A DNA stretch of 64,000 nt, taken from the NCBI GenBank assembly GCA_963824295.1, contig CAWGOQ010000002.1, positions 14,375 through 78,374 on the forward strand, in the 5' to 3' direction. How positions within the stretch are numbered: position 1 is the first letter of the stretch; each line of letters starts with the position of its first letter. A program made the translations under genes and the position numbers. Below are positions 17,101 to 26,308 of this stretch, piece by piece. The notes beneath the pieces are model-generated. The model did no database searches and was not told the origin of the DNA. It was given only the letters and a program-made list of their open reading frames with translations. This DNA comes from an uncultured Solirubrobacterales bacterium (GTDB lineage Bacteria > Actinomycetota > Thermoleophilia > Solirubrobacterales > Solirubrobacteraceae).

Positions 17101-19959
17101 ATGGACCAGATCCCCGAAACCCAACTTGACGCCGAGGTACGAACCGGCGAGGGGCTCTCGGTCGGGCGCTTCTTTACGACCCCGGGCGCGCACCCGTTCG
17201 ACCTGGTCGAGTGGGAGCGCAGGGACGCCAGGATCGGCCACGGCGACAAGGTCTCGTTCGAGCAACGCGACGTCGAATTCCCGAAGTCGTGGTCCCAGAA
17301 CGCCACCAACATCGTCGCCCAGAAGTACTTCCGCGGCCAGCTCGGCGCGCCGGAGCGAGAGCGGTCGGTGAGGCAGATGATCGGCCGGGTGTCCGGCACG
17401 ATCGCCGGCTGGGGACGCGAGCGCGGCTACTTCGCCACCGACGAGGATGCGGAGGCGTTCGAGTCGGAGCTGACCCACATCCTGCTGCATCAGATGGCGG
17501 CCTTTAACTCGCCGGTCTGGTTCAACGTCGGCTTCGAGGAGACCCCACAGTGCTCGGCCTGCTTCATCCTCAGCGTCGAGGACACGATGGAATCGATCCT
17601 CGAGTGGAACACCAAGGAGGGGACGATCTTCCGCGGCGGGTCTGGCTCGGGCATCAACCTGTCGAAGATCCGAGGCTCGATGGAGCCGCTGGCCAAGGGC
17701 GGAACCGCCTCCGGACCCGTGAGCTTCATGCGCGGCGCCGACGCCTGGGCGGGCACGATCAAGTCGGGCGGGAAGACGCGGCGGGCGGCCAAGATGGTCG
17801 TCCTCGACGTCGATCACCCGGATATTCGCGAGTTCATCTGGTGCAAGGCCAAGGAGGAGGACAAGGCCGCGGCGCTGCGCGATGCCGGGTTCGACATGTC
17901 GATCGACGGCGAGGGCTTCTTCTCGATCCAGTACCAGAACGCCAACAATTCAGTGCGCGTGACCGAGCGGTTCATGCGCGCTGTCGAGAAAGACGACGAG
18001 TGGCAGCTGATCGGGCGCGTCACCGGGACGCCGATCGGCGACCCGATCCCGGCACGCACGCTGATGTGGGAGATCGCCGAGGCGGCGTGGCGCTGTGCCG
18101 ATCCTGGCGTTCAATACGACACAACGATCAACCAGTGGCACACGTCCCCGAATTCCGGCCGGATCAACGCATCTAACCCCTGCAGTGAATACATGCACGT
18201 CGACGACTCGGCCTGCAACCTCGCCTCGCTCAACCTCATGAAGTTCCGCCGTCCGGATGGGACGTTCGATGTTGAGTCGTTCGAGCACGCCGTCGACATC
18301 GTGTTCCTGGCGCAAGAGATCATCGTCTCCCCGTCGAGCTATCCGACCGAGCAGATCGGCGCCAACGCACGTGCGTTCCGCCAGCTGGGATTGGGATACG
18401 CGAACCTTGGCGCCTACCTGATGGCGAACGGCATGCCGTACGACTCGGACTCGGGTCGAGGCACGGCCGCTGCGATCACGGCGCTGATGACCGGGCGCGC
18501 CTATCTGGGCTCCGCGCGGATCGCCGCGGCAATGGGGCCTTATGACCACTACGCCGAGAACCGCGACGCTCATAACGCGGTGATGCGCATGCACCGCGAC
18601 GCCTCGTACGTGATCCCCGACTCAACCTGCGCAGACGTCGAGTTGCTCGAGCGCGCGCGCAGCGCATGGAATGACGCGGTGATCGTCGGTGAGAAGCACG
18701 GCTACCGCAACGCACAGGCCAGTACCCTTGCCCCCACCGGAACCATCAGCTTTTTGATGGACTGCGATACGACCGGCATCGAGCCCGATTTCTCGCTGGT
18801 CAAGTTCAAGGAGCTCGTGGGCGGCGGCCAGATGACGATTGTCAACCGGACCGTGCCGCTGGCGCTCCAGACCCTTGACTACAGCGACGAGCAGATCGAG
18901 CAGATCCTCGCCTACGTCAACGAGCACGGAACGATCATCGGCGCTCCGTATCTGGCCGACGAGCACCTGCCGGTGTTCGCCGTGGCGGTGGGCGAGCGGG
19001 CCATCTCTCACATGGGTCACCTGAAGATGATGGGCGCCGCGCAGCCGTTCATCAGCGGCGCGATCTCCAAGACGGTCAACATGCCCGAGACCGCCACGGT
19101 CGAGGACATCGCCGATGCCTACGTCCAGGCCTGGCATCTCGGGATCAAGGCGCTGGCGATCTACCGTGACGGCTCCAAGACCGCGCAGGCACTGCGCACA
19201 GAGGCCCAGAAGGACGCGCCGGCGTCGAAGGAGGCCGAGATCGAGCAGGCAGTGGTCGAGGCGATGGCGAAGGCGCCGAAGCGCAAGAAGATGCCGCGAG
19301 AGCGCCAGTCGCTCACGCACAAGTTCTCGATTGGCGGCCACGAGGGTTACATCACGGCCGGCACGTACGAGGACGGCACGGTCGGGGAGATCTTCCTGAC
19401 CGACATCGGCAAGGAAGGCTCGACCCTGCGCGGCATGATGAACTCGTTCGCCACCTCGATCTCGATCGCGCTCCAGTACGGGGTTCCGCTCGAGACACTC
19501 GTGCGGAAGTTCAGCTACATGCGCTTCGAGCCCGAGGGCATGACCTCCAACCCGGAGATCCCGTTCGCCAAGTCGATGCCCGACTACATCATGCGCTGGC
19601 TGGCCTCACGCTTCCTGGACGTCGACCTCCAGGAGGAGCTTGGGATCCTGACGCCCGCGGTGCGGGCGCGCCAGGCGGCTCAGGAGGCGGCAAGCTCGCA
19701 CTTCGGCGACGTGGCGACGCCGAGCGTCCAACCCGCGGAGCGTAAGCCCGACGGCAACGGCAACGGCGGCAACGGCGGGGCCGTGAAGGGGCAAATCCTC
19801 CCGGCCACCTCGGCGCTGACCGACGAGCCGCCGGTCATTCCCGCGCTGCGCAACGGCCTCGACCTCGGTCCGGCCTGCCAGCAGTGCGGCGGGATGATGC
19901 AGCGCACGGGCAGCTGCTACACGTGCTCGAGCTGCGGCTTCAACACCGGCTGCGGCTAA
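17101..19959 (+). CDS. nrdJ: Adenosylcobalamin-dependent (class II) ribonucleotide reductase
   Basis: About 950 aa from MDQIPETQ. WSQNATNIVAQKYFRG, NSPVWFNVG, SACFIL, NPCSEYMHVDDSACNLASLNL, and a C-terminal Cys cluster CQQCGGMMQRTGSCYTCSSCGFNTGCG. An uninterrupted 2.9-kb frame. Confidence 0.9.
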   Translation: MDQIPETQLDAEVRTGEGLSVGRFFTTPGAHPFDLVEWERRDARIGHGDKVSFEQRDVEFPKSWSQNATNIVAQKYFRGQLGAPERERSVRQMIGRVSGTIAGWGRERGYFATDEDAEAFESELTHILLHQMAAFNSPVWFNVGFEETPQCSACFILSVEDTMESILEWNTKEGTIFRGGSGSGINLSKIRGSMEPLAKGGTASGPVSFMRGADAWAGTIKSGGKTRRAAKMVVLDVDHPDIREFIWCKAKEEDKAAALRDAGFDMSIDGEGFFSIQYQNANNSVRVTERFMRAVEKDDEWQLIGRVTGTPIGDPIPARTLMWEIAEAAWRCADPGVQYDTTINQWHTSPNSGRINASNPCSEYMHVDDSACNLASLNLMKFRRPDGTFDVESFEHAVDIVFLAQEIIVSPSSYPTEQIGANARAFRQLGLGYANLGAYLMANGMPYDSDSGRGTAAAITALMTGRAYLGSARIAAAMGPYDHYAENRDAHNAVMRMHRDASYVIPDSTCADVELLERARSAWNDAVIVGEKHGYRNAQASTLAPTGTISFLMDCDTTGIEPDFSLVKFKELVGGGQMTIVNRTVPLALQTLDYSDEQIEQILAYVNEHGTIIGAPYLADEHLPVFAVAVGERAISHMGHLKMMGAAQPFISGAISKTVNMPETATVEDIADAYVQAWHLGIKALAIYRDGSKTAQALRTEAQKDAPASKEAEIEQAVVEAMAKAPKRKKMPRERQSLTHKFSIGGHEGYITAGTYEDGTVGEIFLTDIGKEGSTLRGMMNSFATSISIALQYGVPLETLVRKFSYMRFEPEGMTSNPEIPFAKSMPDYIMRWLASRFLDVDLQEELGILTPAVRARQAAQEAASSHFGDVATPSVQPAERKPDGNGNGGNGGAVKGQILPATSALTDEPPVIPALRNGLDLGPACQQCGGMMQRTGSCYTCSSCGFNTGCG

Positions 19960-19983
19960 CCGCTTCCGACATCCGGTCTCTCC

Positions 19984-20018
19984 GAAGCCCCGCCAGACAT
20001 GGCGGGGCTTCTTCTTTG
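19984..20018 (+). terminator. Rho-independent terminator downstream of nrdJ
   Basis: GAAGCCCCGCC-agacat-GGCGGGGCTTC perfect 11-bp stem followed by TTCTTTG. Sits between the convergent nrdJ and the NlpC/P60 gene. Confidence 0.7.
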
Positions 20019-20184
20019 CCGCGAGGGCCGGACCGCGGGCGACCGATCTCGCATCTCGCATCCAAGGGGACGCAAGCGATTGCCCGCACCGAGATCAGCG
20101 AGCTCGAGGCCACGCTCGCGCAGCCCCACCCCGCGGAGCAGCCGATCCTCGACCCCGCCGCGGACAGCGTGGCCGGAGCGGTGG

Positions 20185-21009
20185 CTATTTGACGGCCACT
20201 GCCGTCAGACGGCCGTTCGGCGCCTGCGTATAGCTGACCTGGACCTCGCCACCGAGCTCGAGGCCCTTGACGACGCTGGGCTGAGCGCCGGTCTGGAAGG
20301 TGAAGATCCGAGCGAACGTGGTCTGCTCCCCAAGCAGGCCCGGGAGCAGGTGGTACGCCTTGTAGGTGCGGCTATGGGCGTCGGGCGCGCCGTCGTTCAG
20401 CCAGCCGGCGCCGCCGGCGGGGTTGGCGCCGCCACCGCCGTCCGAGGTCCCGAAGAAGTTGCCGTCGATATTCATGAAGATGTGCACGCCGGGGTCGTCG
20501 TACAGGGTGACCTGGTTCGCGCCGCGGCCCGCCCCGCGCGCGATCAGGTGCGCGCTCAGGAGCTCAGCGATGATCCCGGCGTCGTTGGGAACGCCACCGG
20601 CTACCTGCCAGATTCCGGCCCCGGAGAGCACCGCCGCAACCGATCCGGAGCAATCGAACCCGATCCGACGGCCGTTGTAGCCCGGGCCCTTGATGCCGAT
20701 GCTGGCGATCCCGGCCTGGGCGTGGCCGCCGCCGTAGACGTAAGGGAAGTCGCCGGCGGTGACCTGATTGGCGGCCAGAGTCAGCGCCGAGACCACGGAC
20801 ATGCGGCCGGCGCTCGCCTCGATCGCGAACGTGCGGCCGTCGACCCCGATCACATCGCCGGTGACCTGTCCGTTCACCGGCGCGGAGGGTGCCGAGAAAG
20901 CAACCGGGACCGGTGCCAAGCTCGGCGCGGCGGCCAGGGCGCCGGCCGGAAGGACCAGCGCGCCGAGGAGCGCGCACAGGGTGGCGGCGAATCGCTTCAT
21001 CGACTCCAT
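20185..21009 (-). CDS. Secreted NlpC/P60-family (C40) cell-wall hydrolase-like protein
   Basis: Signal peptide MESMKRFAATLCALLGALVLPAGALAAAP. The motif YVYGGGH...GFDCSGSV contains the NlpC/P60 catalytic Cys context. Gly-rich C-terminal region. Confidence 0.7.
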   Translation of the reverse strand: MESMKRFAATLCALLGALVLPAGALAAAPSLAPVPVAFSAPSAPVNGQVTGDVIGVDGRTFAIEASAGRMSVVSALTLAANQVTAGDFPYVYGGGHAQAGIASIGIKGPGYNGRRIGFDCSGSVAAVLSGAGIWQVAGGVPNDAGIIAELLSAHLIARGAGRGANQVTLYDDPGVHIFMNIDGNFFGTSDGGGGANPAGGAGWLNDGAPDAHSRTYKAYHLLPGLLGEQTTFARIFTFQTGAQPSVVKGLELGGEVQVSYTQAPNGRLTAVAVK

Positions 21010-21176
21010 CCGTCGGCTCACAGACGCGAGACCTGATGTCTGCAATCAGACCGGCAGCCCACATCAGCCCCGGAAACGACCGGCCAGATCGGCGATAGCC
21101 GAGGTTCCCGTCCCGTCCAGCGGACCTGGACGCGACCGTCCCCTGACTCGGGATAACGGGAGAATGCGCTTAGAAA

Positions 21177-22021
21177 ATGCGGACGATCGCCCTCGAGGAG
21201 CACTGCCTGACCCCCGAGCTGCGCGAGCTCCTAGGCCCGCAGATCCATCCTTACTACCCGGTCCACCGCTGGCCGCCGGCGCTCGAGGCGCGGTTGCTCG
21301 ACCTGGGCGAGGGCCGGATCGCCGAGATGGACGCACAGGGGATCGACATGCAGGTCCTGTCCTCGGTGCAGCCCGGCCTGGAGCACAGCAGCGCCGAGCG
21401 AGCCATTCCCGTGGCGCAGGCGTTCAACGACCGGGTGGCCGAGGCCGTCGCGGCCCATCCTGACCGCTTCGCCGCCTTCGCGGCGCTGCCGACCGCCGAC
21501 CCGAACGCGGCGGCCGACGAGCTGGCCCGGGCCGTCGGGCAGCTCGGCTTCAAGGGAGCGCTCATCAACGGCCGCACGCTCGACCGCTTCCTCGACGACA
21601 AGTTCTTCTGGCCGATCTTCGAGGCCGCGGAGGCACTCAAGACGCCGATCTACCCGCACCCCATGCCGCCGCGCTGCAGATCATCATCGGCCACATGGGC
21701 GAAGGCATCCCGTTCATGCTCGCGCGGATCGACGAGGTGCTCGGCGGCCGAACCGCACTCGATCCGGCCAAGACCCGCACCGAGCTCTCGGTCAAGGAGT
21801 ACTTCGATCGCAACTTCCACATCACGATCAGCGGCCTGTTCACCGACCCGCCGCTGCGGTGCGCGATCGACACGTTCGGCGCGGACAAGATCATGTTCGC
21901 GGTCGACCACCCGTTCGCCGACGGCGCCGAGGCCCGCCGGTTCATCGATCAGGCGGCGATCAGCGACCAGGAGCGCGAGCTGATCGCTCACGCCAACGCG
22001 GAACGTCTCCTAGGGCTGTAA
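21177..22021 (+). pseudogene. Amidohydrolase-2 (ACMSD-like) family protein with internal deletion/frameshift
   Basis: ORF 21177.. (MRTIALEEHCLTPE...GFKGALINGRT..FWPIFEAAEALKTPIYPHPMPP) switches frame at about 21665 to ORF ..22021 (ALQIIIGHMGEGIPFMLARID...DKIMFAVDHPF..). About 50-60 aa normally found between the xHP motif and the GHxGE motif are absent. Confidence 0.75.
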
Positions 22022-22182
22022 GGGGCCTCGCTCCGCTCGGCGTCCTTGGGGCCCTCCACCCCGTCCGGACGGGGTTCGCTGGCGGTCGCGGCGACGGCCC
22101 GCTCGGCGTCCGTGCCTCACCCAATGGGCCTGCCGCGCCACATCCGACGGATGCCGCCGAAGGCGGCCCAAAGAAACCCGGG

Positions 22183-23355
22183 CTACAGACCCGGTGGGTG
22201 GCGGACCACGAAGCCCGAGAATTCGCCACCACCCTGCGCCCAGCGCGTGCCGTCCTCGGCCAGCGCCACCGTGTCGAACCGCCAGCCCGCCACCTCCATC
22301 CACACATGGCCGGCGTTGGCGTAGATCGTGACCCAGCGCCCCGGACCGGGGTCGCCCCAGTCCTCGAACTGGCCCGAGACCATCGGCGAGGTGACCAACC
22401 CGGCGGCCGCGAGCGCGTAGCTGACCGAGCCCGAGCAGTCGTAGCCGTCGGCGTGGAATGACGCGTGTCCGCCTCCGTAGATGTAGGGCAGCGTCGCGAT
22501 CGCGTTGCCGGCGGCGATGATTTGGGCCACCGCGGCCGGCGCGCCCGGAGGCGCTTGCACCATCCCGCCGGTGTCGACGGCGATGCCGCCCACGCCGGCG
22601 TTGCCGGTGGCGGCGGCCTTCGCGGCCTCGGCGGCGGCCTTGGCCTCGAGCGAGCTTAGATGTGCGTTGAGGGCGTGCAGCTTGGACGTGTCGTTGCCGC
22701 GCGCGCCGATCTCCTGGATCTGCTGGTGGAGCAGGGCGGCCTGAAGCGCGGCGACCTGGTTGCGCTGCCCGATCACCTGGTTGGCGAGGCGTTGATCGCG
22801 CTGTTCAAGCCGGCCGAGGAGCGCGGCCTCGCGGGCCACCGCCTGGCGCGCTGCCCGGGTGCTCGCGACGATCTGCGCGTCCTGCGTCCCGACGCGGTGC
22901 ATGAAGTTGACCTGATCGAGCAGCTGATTGAACCCGTGCGCCTGCAGGATCACGCTGACCAGGTCGGGCTGTCCGTTCTCGTAGGTCGCGACCAGGTTGG
23001 CGGCCAGCGCGTGGGTGGCGCGCTCGAGCCAGTTCTCGAGGTCCACGAGACGATCGCGCGCCTTCAGCAGCGCGGTCTGAACGTCCCTGAGCTGGTCCTC
23101 GCGAGCGGTCAGCTGGTTCTGGAGCTGGGTCAGCTGCTGATCGGCGGCCGCGAGTCCCTGCGTCGTGACGTGGATCTGGGCCGTGTCACGAGCGATCTGC
23201 GAGTTGAGCGAGGACGCCGCCGCCTTGCCGGCGCTGATCTGGCTCTGGAGGTCCCCCGCGCTTGAGGCGGTCAGGCTGCTGCCCAGCAGCATCGCCGCGA
23301 CGAGCAGGGCCACAGCGACTCTGGCAGCTCTGAGGCGGTGGCTGGCGGAAGGCAT
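22183..23355 (-). CDS. NlpC/P60 endopeptidase with N-terminal coiled-coil domain (RipA-like architecture)
   Basis: Signal/TM segment VALLVAAMLLGSSLTASSAG. About 230 aa are Gln/Ala/Leu-rich and heptad-like. C-terminal LPYIYGGGHASFHADGYDCSGSVSYALAAAG. Confidence 0.75.
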   Translation of the reverse strand: MPSASHRLRAARVAVALLVAAMLLGSSLTASSAGDLQSQISAGKAAASSLNSQIARDTAQIHVTTQGLAAADQQLTQLQNQLTAREDQLRDVQTALLKARDRLVDLENWLERATHALAANLVATYENGQPDLVSVILQAHGFNQLLDQVNFMHRVGTQDAQIVASTRAARQAVAREAALLGRLEQRDQRLANQVIGQRNQVAALQAALLHQQIQEIGARGNDTSKLHALNAHLSSLEAKAAAEAAKAAATGNAGVGGIAVDTGGMVQAPPGAPAAVAQIIAAGNAIATLPYIYGGGHASFHADGYDCSGSVSYALAAAGLVTSPMVSGQFEDWGDPGPGRWVTIYANAGHVWMEVAGWRFDTVALAEDGTRWAQGGGEFSGFVVRHPPGL

Positions 23356-23614
23356 GCAGACGGATGTGAGCAAGACAAACGGCGCGCGGGCGCCCGACAA
23401 ATCGGGCGCCGCGGCGGCGGTACGGCCCCCTGGATGGAAGCCGGCAGCACCCTAACAAGAGCTCTCGACGGAGAGCCACCAGATCCTCTGCCTGCAACGA
23501 ATCTTGCGCCGGGAGCCTCTTACAGAGGTCCGACGCTCAGCCGACGCTCGTCTTCTGCGCGGGTCCGAACATCTCAAGTGCAGATACCAAGCTCGCACCG
23601 AAACGGAGACAGAA

Positions 23615-23728
23615 ATGACCACCATCATCATCCTCAACGTCGTGTTCGCCGCCGCCGTCATCACGGGCGTCGTCGGGATGCTCGCGCGGAGCATCGCCAA
23701 GCAGGACAGCCATCGCCGGCCCGCCTAA
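23615..23728 (+). CDS. 37-aa hydrophobic small protein (hypothetical)
   Basis: MTTIIILNVVFAAAVITGVVGMLARSIAKQDSHRRPA. GGAGA 7 nt upstream of the ATG. Nearly all third codon positions are G/C, unlike the antisense frame. Confidence 0.5.
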   Translation: MTTIIILNVVFAAAVITGVVGMLARSIAKQDSHRRPA

Positions 23729-23878
23729 CCACTGGTCACGGATGATCGGATCGGTGTGGCAGATGCCACATGCAGCGACCCTCACCCGCACCTCGTCGGC
23801 CTGCAGCTCACCCAGCTCGAGCTGCTTGATCGCGAACGGCGCCCCCTTGCACTCGGGGACGGCGGCCGCGATTTGCAC
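23729..23878 (-). pseudogene. Zn-dependent alcohol dehydrogenase, N-terminal remnant only
   Basis: MQIAAAVPECKGAPFAIKQLELGELQADEVRVRVAACGICHTDPIIRDQW is a typical MDR/ADH N-terminus. Homology decays within the next roughly 15 codons and no downstream domains follow. Confidence 0.6.
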
Positions 23879-23942
23879 GCGCGCAGCCTAACCGGGAGAG
23901 CGTGCGGACGTTTGTCGCCGCCCGCGCCGTTGATAGGCAGCA

Positions 23943-24146
23943 ATGAAGTGCGATCACACAGGCACCTACAGCGGGGCGTCGCGGTACATCCGCGAAGCGG
24001 GCGAGTTGCGCCTGGTGCTGTTGTGCGACGTTTGTGGGGCGGAGCGCCAGGAGCTCGGACGGATCGAGTACCGACCGGAGGTCATTCTCTTTCCCGGGAT
24101 TGGGCCGGCGGCGGACGGCACGGCGCGGCGGGCAGAAGCCGCGTAG
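23943..24146 (+). CDS. Hypothetical small Cys-containing protein (67 aa)
   Basis: MKCDHTGTYSGASRYIREAGELRLVLLCDVCGAERQELGRIEY.. High GC3 consistent with coding. No family recognised. Confidence 0.35.
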   Translation: MKCDHTGTYSGASRYIREAGELRLVLLCDVCGAERQELGRIEYRPEVILFPGIGPAADGTARRAEAA

Positions 24147-24206
24147 CGCTCCCCTAACGTCGGACAGCAGCGCGCCACCAGATCCTCGGATGCGAGGATC
24201 TGAGCG

Positions 24207-25451
24207 ATGCTGCGCGAGAGCGACACGACGACCATCCGGGAGGCGTGCGAGTCGACGCTGCGGCGAAACTGGCGCGAGGGCGCGCGTCCAGCCGACGGCG
24301 TGCCGTTCGCATACACCTGCCCGGACGCGGGCCACTACCCGTGGCAGTGGTACTGGGACTCGTGCTTCACCGCGATCACCTGGCGGCACTTCGACCCCTC
24401 CCGGTCGCGTCGCGAGCTCGAATCGCTGCTCGCTGCGCAGCGCGAGGACGGCTTCATCGGCCACACGATCTTCTGGAACAGACGCCTCACCGGCCGGCGG
24501 CGATACACGTACAACGTGACCTCGCCGGACGCGCCGATGACCGCCAGCATCCAGCCCCCGACGCTGGCCTGGGCGTGGCGGATCGCGGTCGGGGACCCGG
24601 CCGAGGTGCCGGCGATCGCGCGCCACTACGACTGGCTTGCGCGCAATCGCGAACTGGACGGCGATGGCCTGATCTGGATCGTGCAGCCCGACGAGTCGGG
24701 GCTGGACGCCTCGCCCCAGTTCGACGCGATCTGGGGGTGGCGCTCTCACCACCGTCCCGGCTTCCCGCTGCTCGTACGGCGCAACCGCCGGCTTGGCTAC
24801 GACCTGCGGCGGATCGCCGGGGCCGGCGGTCCGGTCTGCTGCGAAGTGGCGACGAACGTCCTCTATTCGCTGTCGTTGATGGCGCTCGGGCGGCCGTCGC
24901 CGACCGGAACGATGATCGAGCGCATGTACAACCGGAGCACAGGTCTGTTCGAGCCGCTGGCGCGCCTCGCCCGCCGCCGGACCCGGCGCCCCTCCCCCCG
25001 GCCGACGCCCGTCGTCACCTGGACCGCCCTGTCGCCGCTGGCGCTCCCGGATCTGCCGGAGGAGATCGGCCGGCGCCTGGTCGAGCAGCACCTGCTCGAC
25101 GAGCGGCGCTTCTGGCTGCCGGTGCCGCCCCCATCCGTCCCCCCGACCGAGCCGAGCTTCTCCATTCGCGAAGATGGGTTCCTGTGGCTCAGGCGCTACT
25201 GGCGCGGGCCGACGTGGATCAACGCGGCCTGGTTGGTGTGGCTCGGGCTCAGACGTCTCGGGTATCTGGAGCACGCGGACACACTCGCGGAGCGGATCAG
25301 CGCCGCCGTCCTCGCCAGCGGGCTGCGCGAGTACTACCACCCCTACACCGGCCGTGGCATGGGCGCGGTCGATTTCGCGTGGTCCAGCCTGGTGATGGAG
25401 CTGCTCGCCGCCGATCCGGCCGCCGCCACGGGCAGCTACCTGCGGGTGTAA
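24207..25451 (+). CDS. Six-hairpin glycoside hydrolase (GH63/GH37-like; mannosylglycerate/glucosylglycerate hydrolase-like)
   Basis: 414 aa. HYPWQWYWDSCF, GLIWIVQPDESGLDASPQFD, YWRGPTWINAAWLVWLGL and EYYHPYTGRGMGAVDFAWS are characteristic of (alpha/alpha)6 GH63-type enzymes. Confidence 0.7.
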   Translation: MLRESDTTTIREACESTLRRNWREGARPADGVPFAYTCPDAGHYPWQWYWDSCFTAITWRHFDPSRSRRELESLLAAQREDGFIGHTIFWNRRLTGRRRYTYNVTSPDAPMTASIQPPTLAWAWRIAVGDPAEVPAIARHYDWLARNRELDGDGLIWIVQPDESGLDASPQFDAIWGWRSHHRPGFPLLVRRNRRLGYDLRRIAGAGGPVCCEVATNVLYSLSLMALGRPSPTGTMIERMYNRSTGLFEPLARLARRRTRRPSPRPTPVVTWTALSPLALPDLPEEIGRRLVEQHLLDERRFWLPVPPPSVPPTEPSFSIREDGFLWLRRYWRGPTWINAAWLVWLGLRRLGYLEHADTLAERISAAVLASGLREYYHPYTGRGMGAVDFAWSSLVMELLAADPAAATGSYLRV

Positions 25452-25522
25452 ATCTGCCGTGATCCGCGAGCGCCCGTCTAGAATGCGCCGCCGCATAACA
25501 GGCGAGCTTCGGGAGTCAGTTC

Positions 25523-26308
25523 ATGTGGAACGGTCAGCAGGTGTCGGTCGTGCTGATGACCTATGCCGAGCGCGACTCAATCAGAGAGGTGATCGAGGGC
25601 TTCCTCGCCACAGGCCTGGTCGACGAGGTGCTCGTGGTCGACAACAACGCGCAACCGGGAACTGAAGAGGAGGTTCGCAAGACCCCGGCGCGGTTGGTCA
25701 AGGAGCCCCGTCAGGGTTATGGGTATGCAACCCGGCGCGGACTGCTCGAGGCCACCGGCGAGTTGATCGTGCTCTCCGAGCCGGACGGCACGTTCGTGCC
25801 GGACGACATCTTGAAGCTGCTCGTGTATAGCCCGCAGTGTGACGCCGTCTTCGGCACCCGAACGACCTGGGAGCTGGTGTGGGAGGGCGCGAACATGGAC
25901 TGGTTCTTACGCTGGGGTAACTGGGCCGTGGCAAAGCTGATCGAGGTCCTGCTCAACACAAGTCATCTCAGCGACGTCGGTTGCACGTACCGGCTGCTGC
26001 GCCGAGATACTGCGAGGCGCGTCGCGAGCGGCATGACGGTGGGCGGCAGCCACGCCGGCGCGGAGGTCATGCTGCTGACGATCAATTCCGGCGCGCGGTT
26101 CGTCGAGGTGCCGGTCAACTATCTCCCGCGTGTCGGGCGCTCATCGGTCACCGGCAACCGGCTGACGGCGATCGCCGTGGGCCTGCGGATGATCGGGCTC
26201 GTGCTTCGCGCCGCGGGCTCCTCCCCCCGGACGCGCCACCGACCTCCGGCGTTCGTCTCGGAGCGAGCGTCAAACGGTGAGATGCCCCGTGAGCAGCTCA
26301 CACTTTGA
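25523..26308 (+). CDS. GT2-family glycosyltransferase (polyprenol-phosphate sugar synthase-like)
   Basis: VSVVLMTYAERDSI.., VVDNNAQPGT, LSEPDGTF (DxD-like), GCTYRLLRRD. Confidence 0.8.
   Translation: MWNGQQVSVVLMTYAERDSIREVIEGFLATGLVDEVLVVDNNAQPGTEEEVRKTPARLVKEPRQGYGYATRRGLLEATGELIVLSEPDGTFVPDDILKLLVYSPQCDAVFGTRTTWELVWEGANMDWFLRWGNWAVAKLIEVLLNTSHLSDVGCTYRLLRRDTARRVASGMTVGGSHAGAEVMLLTINSGARFVEVPVNYLPRVGRSSVTGNRLTAIAVGLRMIGLVLRAAGSSPRTRHRPPAFVSERASNGEMPREQLTL

Noticed and set aside
19738-19775. Short tandem acggcaacggcaacggcggcaacggc repeat
   Set aside because: It lies in frame inside nrdJ, encoding a GNGNGGNGG linker before the C-terminal Cys cluster. This is a low-complexity coding linker, not a repeat element or CRISPR.
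23808-25496. 562-aa minus-strand ORF, the longest unassigned ORF in this area
   Set aside because: It is exactly antisense to the well-supported GH63-like gene. The translation is Arg/Pro/Gly-rich low complexity with no motifs. This is a typical high-GC antisense artefact.
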